DNA of 64,000 nt from a phage. Under the pieces are notes generated by a model. It did no database searches, was not told where the DNA came from, and saw only the letters and a program-made list of their open reading frames with translations. The position numbers and the translations under genes were made by a program. Below, one piece after another: positions 27,517 through 37,667 of this stretch; positions within the stretch are counted from its first letter, which is position 1, and each line of letters starts with the position of its first letter. The stretch is from sequence record PV467749.1, one strand, 5' to 3'.

Positions 27517-29028
27517 TTATTTTTTATCCTTTCCAACACCACGGTCGTACTCTTTGAATGAGTTATCAAGTGTAGTTAGTGCATACTCATATGCTTCTGG
27601 TGATTCAATGTCAACATCATCTGCACCATTTACTAAATCAGCCCAAGCCTTTTGAAGTTTACGAGCATTGTTACCAACATTATCTTTAATCCAACTAATA
27701 TTTTTGTTGATACTTTTACTATCAGCACCTGCTTTTTTACCAATCTCGGATATCCACATCATTAACTTTTGAAGTTCATGAATTGATTTATCAGTCATTT
27801 CAAGATGTTCTTCTTCCATACCGTCAGAATCAGATGAACCAACGTCAATTCCATGTTTAGCTAATAGTTTACCAAGTTCAAAGAATGCAGCTTCAGCAGG
27901 GAAGTCATAACCTTTGTCTTTGTAGTTATTCCATGCACTATCAAACTCGTCAACAAAACGGTTAGCATAATCTGGATTTTTAACTAATGCTTTATATACT
28001 GCCATTGCATGTTCAAAACCTTCTTTATCTGACCCAAACTCTTCCATCTCAGGACGATGAATATATCCATCCATATCAACGGTATCAGGTAGATCTTCTT
28101 GTTCAGGTTCTACATCTTTCTGTTCAACTGCACCTTCTTCATCTGCACGCTTTAGATAACCATCTGGTGTTACCTTCTCACCATGTTCTGCTTCATACTT
28201 TTTCATAGTGTTGAATGCAGCATCCATAGCTGTTACGAAGCGACTTTTCTCACCTTGTACATAAGATTTAAGTGCACTGTTAACTGCATCTGATACGAGC
28301 TTAACCTTATCGTCTTTACCTTCTAAACGGTTTTCAAGTTTAGCCAGTACATTCTTGATTTGCTGGGCATTAGCACGGTCTGCTTTACCAATACTATCAA
28401 AAGTTTTAAGAATACCATCAAGACTTGCTTCACCCTGTTCAGGTTCTTTCGAATCTTCTTTGTGTGTACCTTCAAGTGCACGCATGATAGTACTGAATAC
28501 TTCAGTGGGTTCAGTACTCTTATTACCTTTCATTGCATCAAGTACAGCTTGTGCTTTACCTTTGAGTTCTTCTTTAGGAACTGCCTGTAGTGCTTTGACA
28601 ATACCCTGAATCAACTGTGGTTTGTTAGCAAAGATCTTACCTAAGTTATCAGATAACTCTTTAACAGGGTTAGCTGCTTTAGGAGCTTCTGGTTTTGGTT
28701 CTTCTTTAGGAACTGCTTGTTCTTTCTCAGCACGTTCCATATCAGCAAGGCGTTGTTTCTGTGTTGCGTTAAGAAGACCTAATGAGTTAACATAACGTAG
28801 CTTTTCTAGCTCAGTCATGTTCTCAGTACTCTTAACTTCACCTGCTTCTGCGTTTGCCTTACCAGCTAAACCTGTCCCTTGATTACGTGAACCACGTGAC
28901 CCCTGTCCTGCTTGGTAGCTATTTTGACGACGATTGCGTTCACTCCATTTATCAGAGTGACCTGCCATGTTCCCGCCATTTTTATCAGTAAATTGACCTG
29001 GCATTTGATTTCTCTCCATAGATTTCAT
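27517..29028 (-). CDS. Large highly charged hypothetical protein (503 aa)
   Basis: Long ORF. It is Lys/Glu-rich and helix-like. The N-terminal region LEKLRYVNSLGLLNATQKQRL resembles KYLDSLGLLKPDQS of 29861..30259. Confidence 0.7.
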   Translation of the reverse strand: MKSMERNQMPGQFTDKNGGNMAGHSDKWSERNRRQNSYQAGQGSRGSRNQGTGLAGKANAEAGEVKSTENMTELEKLRYVNSLGLLNATQKQRLADMERAEKEQAVPKEEPKPEAPKAANPVKELSDNLGKIFANKPQLIQGIVKALQAVPKEELKGKAQAVLDAMKGNKSTEPTEVFSTIMRALEGTHKEDSKEPEQGEASLDGILKTFDSIGKADRANAQQIKNVLAKLENRLEGKDDKVKLVSDAVNSALKSYVQGEKSRFVTAMDAAFNTMKKYEAEHGEKVTPDGYLKRADEEGAVEQKDVEPEQEDLPDTVDMDGYIHRPEMEEFGSDKEGFEHAMAVYKALVKNPDYANRFVDEFDSAWNNYKDKGYDFPAEAAFFELGKLLAKHGIDVGSSDSDGMEEEHLEMTDKSIHELQKLMMWISEIGKKAGADSKSINKNISWIKDNVGNNARKLQKAWADLVNGADDVDIESPEAYEYALTTLDNSFKEYDRGVGKDKK

Positions 29029-29069
29029 ATTGTTTATTCTCTATGACTATATTTATAGTATAAAGAAAA

Positions 29070-29089
29070 GGTTGACCGAAGTCAACCCT
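29070..29089 (-). terminator. UUCG-hairpin terminator/promoter module (copy 4)
   Basis: aaaggttgaccgaagtcaaccc. The minus-strand reading continues into TTTATACTATAAAT upstream of the 27517..29028 gene. Confidence 0.7.
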
Positions 29090-29109
29090 ATTTTCACTGT
29101 ACTATACCA

Positions 29110-29436
29110 TTAGTAGTTACAGTCAGCTTTCGCTGTGAATGTTTTACTTTCACCTCGTTGTGTGGTGATTCGTCCGAGTAAAGTAGTTTTGTCAATAGTC
29201 ATTGTAGTTAGTACTGGAACATTACCTTCAAAGTCAATAGCTTTGAAATTGTAGGTGGTTTCATTCTCCACTACACTTGGACCAAAGAGTTCATATGTGT
29301 TGATTTCAAGTGTGTCACCATCTGAACGCAACAGTGTGCAGTCCAGATTAGGAGTAGCCAGTACTGGGAAAGCCAAACACATCATCATTACAATAATTAA
29401 TTTCATTTCACTTCTCCTGTTTTTTCTTAGGATCAA
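29110..29436 (-). CDS. Secreted protein (signal peptide)
   Basis: 108 aa. N-terminus MKLIIVMMMCLAFPVLATPNLDC. Confidence 0.6.
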   Translation of the reverse strand: MILRKNRRSEMKLIIVMMMCLAFPVLATPNLDCTLLRSDGDTLEINTYELFGPSVVENETTYNFKAIDFEGNVPVLTTMTIDKTTLLGRITTQRGESKTFTAKADCNY

Positions 29437-29665
29437 CCAATGACCAAATGAAGAATCCGAGAATTACAAGTACCCACAGAATCATGATAAAGAAAGCAAA
29501 CAGTACAATAGTATTTGTCAAAAAGAAATACAATAGAATGTTCGACCCAATACTACATACAATCAATGCAGCTTCATGTTTAACAACACGAATGGCTGTA
29601 ATGAGTGCGGGAAGAAATCCGACAAATAACAGTACTAATGCATATAGTGATAATGTTTCAGCCAT
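29408..29665 (-). CDS. Small membrane protein
   Basis: 85 aa with 2-3 TM helices and C-terminal KKKQEK. Confidence 0.55.
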   Translation of the reverse strand: MAETLSLYALVLLFVGFLPALITAIRVVKHEAALIVCSIGSNILLYFFLTNTIVLFAFFIMILWVLVILGFFIWSLVDPKKKQEK

Positions 29666-29847
29666 GATATCCCTTATTTGGTTTGTTCAACACTAGGTGT
29701 ATTGATATAGGTGTCAATTGAATAACATACTGTACCCACTACAACAGCAGCGATTAGGGCAGTGATGATGAATTTAGTACCTTGCATAATTTAATACCTC
29801 ACGTTGTTTGTATTTTGTATCACTTGATGAAAATATTATACGACAAA

Positions 29848-29867
29848 GGGCTGACTGAAGTCAACCC
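29848..29867 (-). terminator. UUCG-hairpin terminator/promoter module (copy 5, loop variant CUGA)
   Basis: gggctgactgaagtcaacccc. The minus-strand downstream sequence TTTGTCGTATAATATTTTCATC carries a -10. Confidence 0.7.
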
Positions 29868-30259
29868 CTTTTAATTATTTTTTTAAACTTATGTTTTTCG
29901 CCTTCAATAGAGTTCACGATGTCATCATGAATCTTGCGAAGGTTATGAGTTTTCTTTAGTGCTTCATGTAGTGCACGGAATGCTGCGTGTACTGTTGCCT
30001 TGAAGTGCTCTTTAGGAGTCACTTTAAGTTTCTCAATGATATCACGTACATAAATTGGATGATCTTCAAATACACGATTCAATTCATGGCCTAGTGATTC
30101 TAGACTGAAAGCTTTTTCACGTGAAGGACGATCATGTGCAAGACTTTGGTCAGGCTTTAGTAGACCTAGTGAATCAAGATACTTATGCTTATGTGCATTA
30201 TCAATTCCAGAAATATCCACATCATGCGATGGATCTTTCTTATTCCATTTATCAACCAT
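29861..30259 (-). CDS. Hypothetical protein sharing SLGLL N-terminal motif with the 503-aa protein
   Basis: 132 aa. Contains KHKYLDSLGLLKPDQS. Confidence 0.6.
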   Translation of the reverse strand: MVDKWNKKDPSHDVDISGIDNAHKHKYLDSLGLLKPDQSLAHDRPSREKAFSLESLGHELNRVFEDHPIYVRDIIEKLKVTPKEHFKATVHAAFRALHEALKKTHNLRKIHDDIVNSIEGEKHKFKKIIKRG

Positions 30260-30370
30260 TTCATACTCCTTAAAGAGATAAATTACTTTAATATTTATAC
30301 TTCATGTGCTGTTTATTTCAACAGACACTTAAGATTATATCACATATGAAATGGTTGTTCCAACGTCAAA

Positions 30371-30814
30371 TCAGTACTGTTTAAGTTCTGAACTGAAGAT
30401 AAAGGAATCCATATCTTCTAGTGTTAACTTCAAGTTCGGTGTGTACTTTAATATCACACATTCAGGTTTCTTAATGGCAGCTTGATAGGCAGCAATTGCC
30501 AACTGTTGAAGCTGCTCTGGTGTGTAGTTCATGCGTTCTGCATTGAATACGATGTTCTTAATATCACCACCTGGCAGCTTCTCAAACTCACGCATAACAG
30601 CAGCCATCACATCATCAGATGTATTCTTATAAGCCCAATGAGGTAGTTGCATAACGTCATAAATCTCGCCATTGTCGTTCATAAGAGAGATCCATTTTTT
30701 ACCGTCCGATGAACTAAACAGACGACCTTTAATAGCAATGTTCTCTACCAAATTAACAAAGGCAAATATGTCTTGCTCATTTAGCTCAATGCTATTAACG
30801 TTAATCCAACCCAT
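30371..30814 (-). CDS. Hypothetical protein
   Basis: 147-aa ORF. Confidence 0.6.
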   Translation of the reverse strand: MGWINVNSIELNEQDIFAFVNLVENIAIKGRLFSSSDGKKWISLMNDNGEIYDVMQLPHWAYKNTSDDVMAAVMREFEKLPGGDIKNIVFNAERMNYTPEQLQQLAIAAYQAAIKKPECVILKYTPNLKLTLEDMDSFIFSSELKQY

Positions 30815-30827
30815 ACTTCATCTCCAG

Positions 30828-31400
30828 TTATAAATCACGAACGACATTCATTAAACACAATTTGGGCTTTATCGCATTCAAAACCCATATGCATTCTTTG
30901 TAAGTTGCTATTATAGCATCTAAATGCTCAGTTACAATGCTTTCTTGAAAATATTCTTCTTCATTGAGCTTTGCTAAATTAGTTACATCACATGTAGGTA
31001 CTATAGGTCTGGATTGTACACCCATTCCATTATTGATATTGGTAAAATGTAAAAAATTGTACTTCACCACACCTTTATCTACATTTATGATACATGACAA
31101 ATGTTCCAACTCAGTTAGTTCTGTATTACAAGTGACATTAATGAATCCAGCATTATAGGCTCTATAATCATCTACTGATATCTCAAAATCATTACGTTCA
31201 AATATAAGTGAAATGAGTTTGTCTTGTGGTTTAACCTTCTGAAATTTTACCGAATTTACGTATGATACGTTAATCTTAGATGAAATTATCTTTTTACTAA
31301 GTGCAGTTAATTCTTCTTTAGCCTTAAAAGTTAAAGTTATAGGTCTAAATCTAGAACTTTTGTTCTTCTTTGATACTTTGAACTTACCTTTTCTATTCAT
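30828..31400 (-). CDS. Hypothetical protein
   Basis: 190-aa ORF with a basic N-terminus. Confidence 0.6.
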   Translation of the reverse strand: MNRKGKFKVSKKNKSSRFRPITLTFKAKEELTALSKKIISSKINVSYVNSVKFQKVKPQDKLISLIFERNDFEISVDDYRAYNAGFINVTCNTELTELEHLSCIINVDKGVVKYNFLHFTNINNGMGVQSRPIVPTCDVTNLAKLNEEEYFQESIVTEHLDAIIATYKECIWVLNAIKPKLCLMNVVRDL

Positions 31401-31454
31401 TAATTAAACCCCACATAAAGTAAAAGGGATGGCATATTACCAACCCTATATCTT

Positions 31455-31691
31455 TTATTTTTTAATAGATTCATAAAGCAGAAACAACCAAATAAACATT
31501 GATGAACAAACTACTACTGGGATTAATGTAAATTCAGTAAAGAATAAAAGTATTCCATAAGTTAGTATGCAACATAAGTTTACGTACATAATTGCTTCTG
31601 CATTTTTATTTTTCATTTTATATGCAATGAATGTTGGTGACCACATTACCAAAAATGCAAACAACGCACATATGATGATTATAGTTTCCAT
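31455..31691 (-). CDS. Small membrane protein
   Basis: 78 aa with 3 hydrophobic helices. Confidence 0.55.
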   Translation of the reverse strand: METIIIICALFAFLVMWSPTFIAYKMKNKNAEAIMYVNLCCILTYGILLFFTEFTLIPVVVCSSMFIWLFLLYESIKK

Positions 31692-31761
31692 ATTACACCT
31701 CCGTAAAATAATGTTCTGTACTGCTATTATTTACAGAGAATATCTGAAAAATTGATCTAGA

Positions 31762-31986
31762 TCAATTTTTAGTCACTTTACAATTTGAATCTTTTTTGTA
31801 CTGAACAATCACATTGTTCTTAAGGAAGATGATGGTCCCATAGGAACCTTGGGCTGCAACTTCAACAATATGGTTCTTATATGTTTCAGTATACCCTTCC
31901 ATCTCGTTGATACACACTACATGATACTTTGGTTTAGCACATACAACAGTACTCAAGAATAGCAGTACTAGTACTAGATATTTCAT
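31762..31986 (-). CDS. Small secreted protein
   Basis: 74 aa. Signal peptide MKYLVLVLLFLSTVVCA. Confidence 0.55.
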   Translation of the reverse strand: MKYLVLVLLFLSTVVCAKPKYHVVCINEMEGYTETYKNHIVEVAAQGSYGTIIFLKNNVIVQYKKDSNCKVTKN

Positions 31987-32036
31987 TTTATTACCTTATA
32001 AACAAGAACAGGAATCCTTTTACGGATTCCTATAAT

Positions 32037-32330
32037 TTAGTCCTTTAATGTACCATTGTGTAAACGATTATACACATCATTGCGACGCAATTCAACAATA
32101 TCTTCAGCGTACTTCATTGTAAACGCCCATGCTTTTGGATGCACATTAAGCTTCATACGAATGCGATTCTTCATCAATTCACCGCTTAGGCGAACAAACT
32201 CATGAACACCACGACTTCCGTACTCTGAAATCAAATCATTGATGTACATGTTGCGAAGGGTTTCGTCTGTACATTCTTTAACCATTTCTACGTCTGCCAC
32301 GATGCTTGCATTTACTGAAGTACTGATCAT
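32037..32330 (-). CDS. Hypothetical protein
   Basis: 97-aa ORF. Confidence 0.55.
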   Translation of the reverse strand: MISTSVNASIVADVEMVKECTDETLRNMYINDLISEYGSRGVHEFVRLSGELMKNRIRMKLNVHPKAWAFTMKYAEDIVELRRNDVYNRLHNGTLKD

Positions 32331-32341
32331 TTTAAGTTACC

Positions 32342-32608
32342 TTATTTGAATTGGACTGTAATTTTATCACCTTCAACTACGAACTTACAGTCGTAGCGAC
32401 GGGCCATATCCATATACATATGCTCAGAATACCACGGAACATCAATAACTGGATGCTCTGCGTATTGTAGCACTTCACGGTCACCAACAGTAGTGATGAC
32501 GAAAGGAATGTTCATCTCTCGCAAAAACAACTCAGCACCTGGTGAACGATTGACAAACTCAGTGTCGTTACGCAAAGTAAAACCATTGTATTGTAATTTA
32601 AGCTTCAT
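32342..32608 (-). CDS. Hypothetical protein
   Basis: 88-aa ORF. Confidence 0.55.
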   Translation of the reverse strand: MKLKLQYNGFTLRNDTEFVNRSPGAELFLREMNIPFVITTVGDREVLQYAEHPVIDVPWYSEHMYMDMARRYDCKFVVEGDKITVQFK

Positions 32609-32622
32609 GATTATCCTCTAAG

Positions 32623-32979
32623 TTAATACCATTCTTTTAAACCATCAAGTTCGGCTATGTGAGTAATTATAACACAGATAACACTCAGGTCAAGCATTAT
32701 TTGCTCATAATTTAATTTTATTCTATCATCATTGTATGCTCGAAAAACAACATCAAAGTCAAAGTAGTTATCGTTTTCATCATTCATTGGAATGATTCTA
32801 TATCTACGTCTACCATCATCATTGAATACAGTCAAACACTGTTTGAATTTCTTCATTAACTGTGTAGTCAATGCATTGTAATATGCAACATCATATTGTG
32901 TACAACGTGGGTCATTGGGTAGATAAAACGATACAAATTTTTTTAATTCTATTTGAGTCTTATCCATATACAGCCTCAT
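32623..32979 (-). CDS. Hypothetical protein
   Basis: 118-aa ORF. Confidence 0.55.
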   Translation of the reverse strand: MRLYMDKTQIELKKFVSFYLPNDPRCTQYDVAYYNALTTQLMKKFKQCLTVFNDDGRRRYRIIPMNDENDNYFDFDVVFRAYNDDRIKLNYEQIMLDLSVICVIITHIAELDGLKEWY

Positions 32980-33400
32980 GTATTACTCTTTTACTTTGGC
33001 GGTACTCATCCTTTGCTTCTCTCACTGACATGATACGAACCAGATTGGCACTACCACAATAGTACTGAACCTGACTACGACCAATGTCAACATGATTATC
33101 AGGAACTTCATATACTGATACAGCAAACCCTGCACGATGTAATTTACCCAAGTCCATAGTAAAGAACTTAAACAAATCATTCAAACTCTGACAGCCAAAT
33201 GCCCAGCCACGTTTGATTGAATAGATTCCATCTTCAGTTGGTTCTGGTTGGAATTGCGAAGGCGTGGTCATGCACAAACGGTCAAATCCATTTTTAGTAC
33301 TGTATCGTGAAGAGTACCGTGCGAACGGACCTACTGTTTTTGCTGGATCTAAGTTAGGTTCAATATAACTGAATTTAAGTTCAAAACGATATACGTACAT
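32960..33400 (-). CDS. Hypothetical protein
   Basis: 146-aa ORF. It is preceded by the promoter/terminator module at 33418-33462. Confidence 0.6.
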   Translation of the reverse strand: MYVYRFELKFSYIEPNLDPAKTVGPFARYSSRYSTKNGFDRLCMTTPSQFQPEPTEDGIYSIKRGWAFGCQSLNDLFKFFTMDLGKLHRAGFAVSVYEVPDNHVDIGRSQVQYYCGSANLVRIMSVREAKDEYRQSKRVIHEAVYG

Positions 33401-33442
33401 AATTAAAATCCCCAGTATTTGATGAAATAATTATAACAAAAA

Positions 33443-33462
33443 AGGCTGACCGAAGTCAACCT
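33443..33462 (-). terminator. UUCG-hairpin terminator/promoter module (copy 6)
   Basis: tttgatgaaataattataacaaaaaaggctgaccgaagtcaacct tt. The stretch 33418-33462 is near-identical to the 22160-22204 module. Confidence 0.75.
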
Positions 33463-33677
33463 TTATTTTGAAGTTCTTGAACTAATTGTCGTACTTCTTT
33501 GATGTTATGACACTGCTTTACAGTGAAGTAATCATACTTACGACCATAGGTTCTTGGGTCATCACCTTCCATATACTGCTGCACATCAAAGATTTGTAAG
33601 TAGGGATGCTGCATAACACGAATGTTATCACATTGGTAAATCAACATATGTTTAGTCCTCATATTTACACAAGCCAC
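33456..33677 (-). CDS. Hypothetical protein
   Basis: 73-aa ORF. Confidence 0.45.
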   Translation of the reverse strand: MACVNMRTKHMLIYQCDNIRVMQHPYLQIFDVQQYMEGDDPRTYGRKYDYFTVKQCHNIKEVRQLVQELQNKG

Positions 33678-34002
33678 CGAATGTTGCCTGTTTTGCTGCC
33701 TTACGCATCATCACAAGTTTAACATACTGTTCACCATTACTTTCTTCATATACATCAACTTGAAGAAATGCAAGCATATTGGGATCAGTATCATTCGAGT
33801 ACTGCGTAAAACTAATGTCACCTACAGTATGTTCTTTAACAAAATTATACACTTCACCATCGATATAAACGATAGTATGGTCATCGCTATCACCTTGGTA
33901 AATGTGTTTAATATCACCTTCAGTACAGACTAGTCCAGGTAATGGTTCTGCATAAGACATACCACATATAATCATACAAACAAAAAACAAAATTACTTTC
34001 AT
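33652..34002 (-). CDS. Secreted protein, family B paralog
   Basis: 116 aa with signal peptide MKVILFFVCMIICGMSYA. The motif DGEVYNFVKEH is shared with 34393..34788 (DNEVYRFRAES). Confidence 0.6.
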   Translation of the reverse strand: MKVILFFVCMIICGMSYAEPLPGLVCTEGDIKHIYQGDSDDHTIVYIDGEVYNFVKEHTVGDISFTQYSNDTDPNMLAFLQVDVYEESNGEQYVKLVMMRKAAKQATFGGLCKYED

Positions 34003-34382
34003 GATTTGTTTCCTTTGGATAAAATGGATTTCTTCACTTTGTACTGCTTGTAGTTATTATACCAAACATCGATTACATAAATCAAGTACCAAAGTGATGG
34101 ATATAATGATAGACCAATAAAAACTGAAAAAATACTTGTATTAATAAAACCAATACAGTGCAGTGTAAATGCAACGATTAGAATACCAATCGTAATCATA
34201 CTAGCTGAATATGGTACACTATCAGATGCGAACCATGAATCAACCTTACTAATTAAAGTATACTTCCCAGTACTAACAGCATAAACAATTGCTACTATAC
34301 CAAATAATGCCATTGAAATAGTTATTACTGAGTTAATAAGAATCGGAGTAATTAATACATAAAGCATTACATCGTTTATCAT
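33999..34382 (-). CDS. Membrane protein
   Basis: 127 aa with 4 hydrophobic helices. Confidence 0.6.
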   Translation of the reverse strand: MINDVMLYVLITPILINSVITISMALFGIVAIVYAVSTGKYTLISKVDSWFASDSVPYSASMITIGILIVAFTLHCIGFINTSIFSVFIGLSLYPSLWYLIYVIDVWYNNYKQYKVKKSILSKGNKS

Positions 34383-34392
34383 TTGTTATACC

Positions 34393-34788
34393 TTAAAGTT
34401 CACAATGAATATTCAATTTATCAATATCCTGATCTCGTTTGTTCGACGAATCTTGATAAATGACTATGTAAATATCCCCATCCTTTGTCTTGGGGTCCAC
34501 TATCAATATTACATTTGCTATTATACCAGCATCTGATTTATATGTCGATACCTTTTTATTCCCAATCAAACTCTCGGCCCTGAAACGGTAAACCTCATTA
34601 TCTACGACAATATTGTTTCCATTTTGTGGGTCATTAGAAAGTACATGCCATGTTCCATCGTTTCCCATACAATCAAGGTAAGCAGGTACGGCTGTACTGA
34701 ACCTTGAATAAAGCATGAATACTACAAACACCATTATCATTCTTATATATTTTTTCATTATAACCTCTAACGAGCAATACTTCTGCAC
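34393..34788 (-). CDS. Secreted protein, family B paralog
   Basis: 131 aa with signal peptide MKKYIRMIMVFVVFMLYSRFSTA. Confidence 0.6.
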   Translation of the reverse strand: MQKYCSLEVIMKKYIRMIMVFVVFMLYSRFSTAVPAYLDCMGNDGTWHVLSNDPQNGNNIVVDNEVYRFRAESLIGNKKVSTYKSDAGIIANVILIVDPKTKDGDIYIVIYQDSSNKRDQDIDKLNIHCEL

Positions 34789-34836
34789 ATATTATTTGTA
34801 CAGAAGTATTTAATACTATTAGAGACTTTTTGAACG

Positions 34837-35163
34837 TTACTTCTTACTAGTTAGTTTATCTTTCAAGATATCAAACCAAATGGAAACTTTACCAGCAAAC
34901 AATGCATTAGTAAACCACACAATACCAACAATATTCTCAACTAAATTCATAATTGAAACAAATGGTCCAATTGGTAATACAAAACTTACTAACCATGACA
35001 GTACTGAAATAAGTACTACAACGAAGAAGATTCGTGCAATGGGTGAGTCTAACATAAACAACTCACGAAACTCATCACGCTCGGTTTCGTCTTTAATGAA
35101 GAATTCGAAAACCATAACCCATAAAAGAATTAGAGCAGGAATTGAAATTAGAACTGATAACAT
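34837..35163 (-). CDS. Membrane protein
   Basis: 108 aa with 3 TM helices. Confidence 0.55.
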   Translation of the reverse strand: MLSVLISIPALILLWVMVFEFFIKDETERDEFRELFMLDSPIARIFFVVVLISVLSWLVSFVLPIGPFVSIMNLVENIVGIVWFTNALFAGKVSIWFDILKDKLTSKK

Positions 35164-35221
35164 GTTTTATATCCTCAAGTTTAAGTATTAAGTTTCAGAC
35201 TACAAGAACCATTATACAGTA

Positions 35222-35464
35222 CTACAAACGTTTGTCAACAGGTTTTTCTTCAATAAGCATAAGATAACTGAAGACGAATAGTAATACAGATGCCATATCA
35301 ATAACCGTAAAGCTCACGGGAATGATAATAGACACTAGAACGAGTGCCACGTTTAGCAAGAATACAGTAGTGATATCCACCAGCTTTCGTTTAGTGGCTA
35401 CTGCTACTAGTGTAGGGTAGAACATAAACAATAATGCAACTACAAAACTCAATACTAGATACAT
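35222..35464 (-). CDS. Small membrane protein
   Basis: 80 aa with 2-3 TM helices. Confidence 0.55.
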   Translation of the reverse strand: MYLVLSFVVALLFMFYPTLVAVATKRKLVDITTVFLLNVALVLVSIIIPVSFTVIDMASVLLFVFSYLMLIEEKPVDKRL

Positions 35465-36117
35465 TTCTTTTTCACCTTAAGAAAATTATAACATAAAACA
35501 ACCTCAACATCTGGCTCATCATACAAGTACTCAAAGCGTTCTTTACTACGCTTAGTACCGATGTACTCACCATTCTTATGCCAACGCCACCCACCACTCT
35601 CTGGTTGGTCAGACTTCAGTACTGGATGATAGCACATGACAATTTCTTCTGGACCTTCAATAAGGTTCTTGTACTTCGTCAAAATCTGTTCAAGCGTATC
35701 TGCTACACCATAAGACGGGTGCATAAGATAAGACTCAGGGCGTGGACGACCACTTGGTAGAATGTCATCAGTACTATTAAAGATAGCACGGAAGTCTTCT
35801 GACGTGTATAAACTTCCATCTTCATGGATCATTGGATACTCATCTACTACATCATAATCAGTGAAGTGTTCAATCGCATGTCCTGGTCTGTAACCTGCGA
35901 GGATACCTGTATGTTTCGTCTGTACAATAGTCATAACAGATGTACTATTGTTTACATTAGGATCATGAATTTCAGCCCAAAAAGGATGATGAGGATCAAA
36001 TTTAGCATTAACTAAAGTACAATCACCAATGTAGTCGAAATTAGTTTCTTTAAAGTTCAAAGAAACACCACGCAATGCCCAATCAGGAGAAGTGATGAAA
36101 TTAAGATTAACTAACAT
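35455..36117 (-). CDS. Hypothetical protein (220 aa)
   Basis: Long ORF with no recognisable motif. Confidence 0.65.
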   Translation of the reverse strand: MLVNLNFITSPDWALRGVSLNFKETNFDYIGDCTLVNAKFDPHHPFWAEIHDPNVNNSTSVMTIVQTKHTGILAGYRPGHAIEHFTDYDVVDEYPMIHEDGSLYTSEDFRAIFNSTDDILPSGRPRPESYLMHPSYGVADTLEQILTKYKNLIEGPEEIVMCYHPVLKSDQPESGGWRWHKNGEYIGTKRSKERFEYLYDEPDVEVVLCYNFLKVKKKCI

Positions 36118-36150
36118 AGTATCCTCAGTTGCAGTTGTTTTTTGATGTAG

Positions 36151-36366
36151 TTATTGTATCAAAGACGTGTCAATTTGTACAACATTTATTGTAACTATTT
36201 CGTACATATATTCAATTGCATTGAACTCTGCATACCACTCTACAATCTCACAAGCAGCATCAACTTGGGTTTTCGCATTAACACGTCTGGCATAGGTACT
36301 GCTCATTTTGAATCTACCATATTCATAGACATTGTAGACACCATGACACCACCACATCTTAGTCAT
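36151..36366 (-). CDS. Hypothetical protein (start trimmed to internal Met MTKMWW to avoid 116-nt overlap)
   Basis: The ORF-track 36151..36474 overlaps 36359..36577 in another frame. The internal start gives an 8-nt overlap, typical of this block. Confidence 0.4.
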   Translation of the reverse strand: MTKMWWCHGVYNVYEYGRFKMSSTYARRVNAKTQVDAACEIVEWYAEFNAIEYMYEIVTINVVQIDTSLIQ

Positions 36367-36577
36367 TAATGCTAGGCCATACAGTGAATTGTAAGTCTTG
36401 GTATTCAAATTTACCAATATCATTCTTCTTACGGAATGATTCTTCAACCTGAATTTCTGCGTCGTACTGACCATCGGCCTTTACTACGTACTTAAAATAT
36501 TCTACATGTGAAAAACGATACCCTTCTCCGTCTTGCTTGGATACTTGTACTGACCCTTCAACTAGATATAAATTCAT
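36359..36577 (-). CDS. Hypothetical protein
   Basis: 72-aa ORF. Confidence 0.45.
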   Translation of the reverse strand: MNLYLVEGSVQVSKQDGEGYRFSHVEYFKYVVKADGQYDAEIQVEESFRKKNDIGKFEYQDLQFTVWPSIND

Positions 36578-36580
36578 TTG

Positions 36581-36802
36581 TCATTCTCCATCATATTCAG
36601 TGAGTATTACACTATGTACGGTTTCAATATAGCGTTGTGTTTTTGATGTGTTGTACTTAGTTACTTCATCAAACAATTTAAATAGTGCATGTGTTGGACT
36701 TAATGCACGAACAAATACATCAATCTTCTGTACTTCTTTCTTATAACCACGTACATTATTAAACTCAGATACATGCTCATACACAATGTAGTAACGATTC
36801 AT
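36581..36802 (-). CDS. Hypothetical protein
   Basis: 73-aa ORF. Confidence 0.5.
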   Translation of the reverse strand: MNRYYIVYEHVSEFNNVRGYKKEVQKIDVFVRALSPTHALFKLFDEVTKYNTSKTQRYIETVHSVILTEYDGE

Positions 36803-37314
36803 ATATTAAGTAGTTCCATAAATTCATCGATCAAGGAAGTTCTAATGCACATAACAAATTCAAAATCAACATCGATAGTATCGAGTAGTTTGAACAACTT
36901 TGGTACATTTGGATCATTCAACTGGAAGTTATGAATCAAGCTCTGTTGAAACACACTTTCTTCAGTACTGTAATCAATAACAAAATATTCAGCTACACCT
37001 GGAGGTGAATAAACATCATATAATATCTGACGTTTATTGTGTGTTTCTGAACCAGGACAATATATAAGTTCTATTTCATATGAACCTGCCGAGGATCTAT
37101 CATAAAACACAATTTCAGTACTGATTATTTCACTACCATCACTTCGTTCATGAAAACATACATCGGCATATCGTTTGCCATTTGGCTTCAAAATCTCATG
37201 AGTTGTTTTACCATAACATTTATCAGTTTCAATGTGAATTTTGTCTTGATATTCAGAACGTCTTACATCATTTCCACGATTAAACAATAAGATCAACAAC
37301 TCATTAATATCCAT
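36799..37314 (-). CDS. Hypothetical protein, EExFQxS-motif family member
   Basis: 171 aa. Contains ...YFVIDYSTEESVFQQSLIHNFQLNDPNVPKLFKLL. Confidence 0.6.
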   Translation of the reverse strand: MDINELLILLFNRGNDVRRSEYQDKIHIETDKCYGKTTHEILKPNGKRYADVCFHERSDGSEIISTEIVFYDRSSAGSYEIELIYCPGSETHNKRQILYDVYSPPGVAEYFVIDYSTEESVFQQSLIHNFQLNDPNVPKLFKLLDTIDVDFEFVMCIRTSLIDEFMELLNI

Positions 37315-37571
37315 TATTTCGCCTCGATAACCTTAAGGTTAACAAAATCACCTTTTACTTTCATGCATTTGAATTCAGTGCGAGTTTCATCCCCACTATC
37401 GCGAGGCCAATGAGTAGCAGAGTAGCACTGGTCTGGTGTTTTATATACACCTTCACCAATAGTACGAGTGATTTCACCATTGGTGAGAACTACTGCGAGA
37501 TATAAAGTAAACATGATATTCGCCTTAGAATAATTTATTAATAATAATAGCACCCAACGCAAGAACTGCAA
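37314..37571 (-). CDS. Small protein with N-terminal hydrophobic segment
   Basis: 85-aa ORF. Confidence 0.5.
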   Translation of the reverse strand: MQFLRWVLLLLINYSKANIMFTLYLAVVLTNGEITRTIGEGVYKTPDQCYSATHWPRDSGDETRTEFKCMKVKGDFVNLKVIEAK

Positions 37572-37667
37572 TAATTACAGATACCCACATTACTGCATTC
37601 ACTGTACCAGTTAGTTCTTTATCAAACTCCCTGCACTTCTTACGGTACTCTTCCCACTCTTTGTTAT

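Noticed and set aside
28355-28609. Two overlapping plus-strand ORFs inside the 503-aa gene
   Set aside because: They are antisense to a long, well-supported minus-strand ORF and have no start signals.
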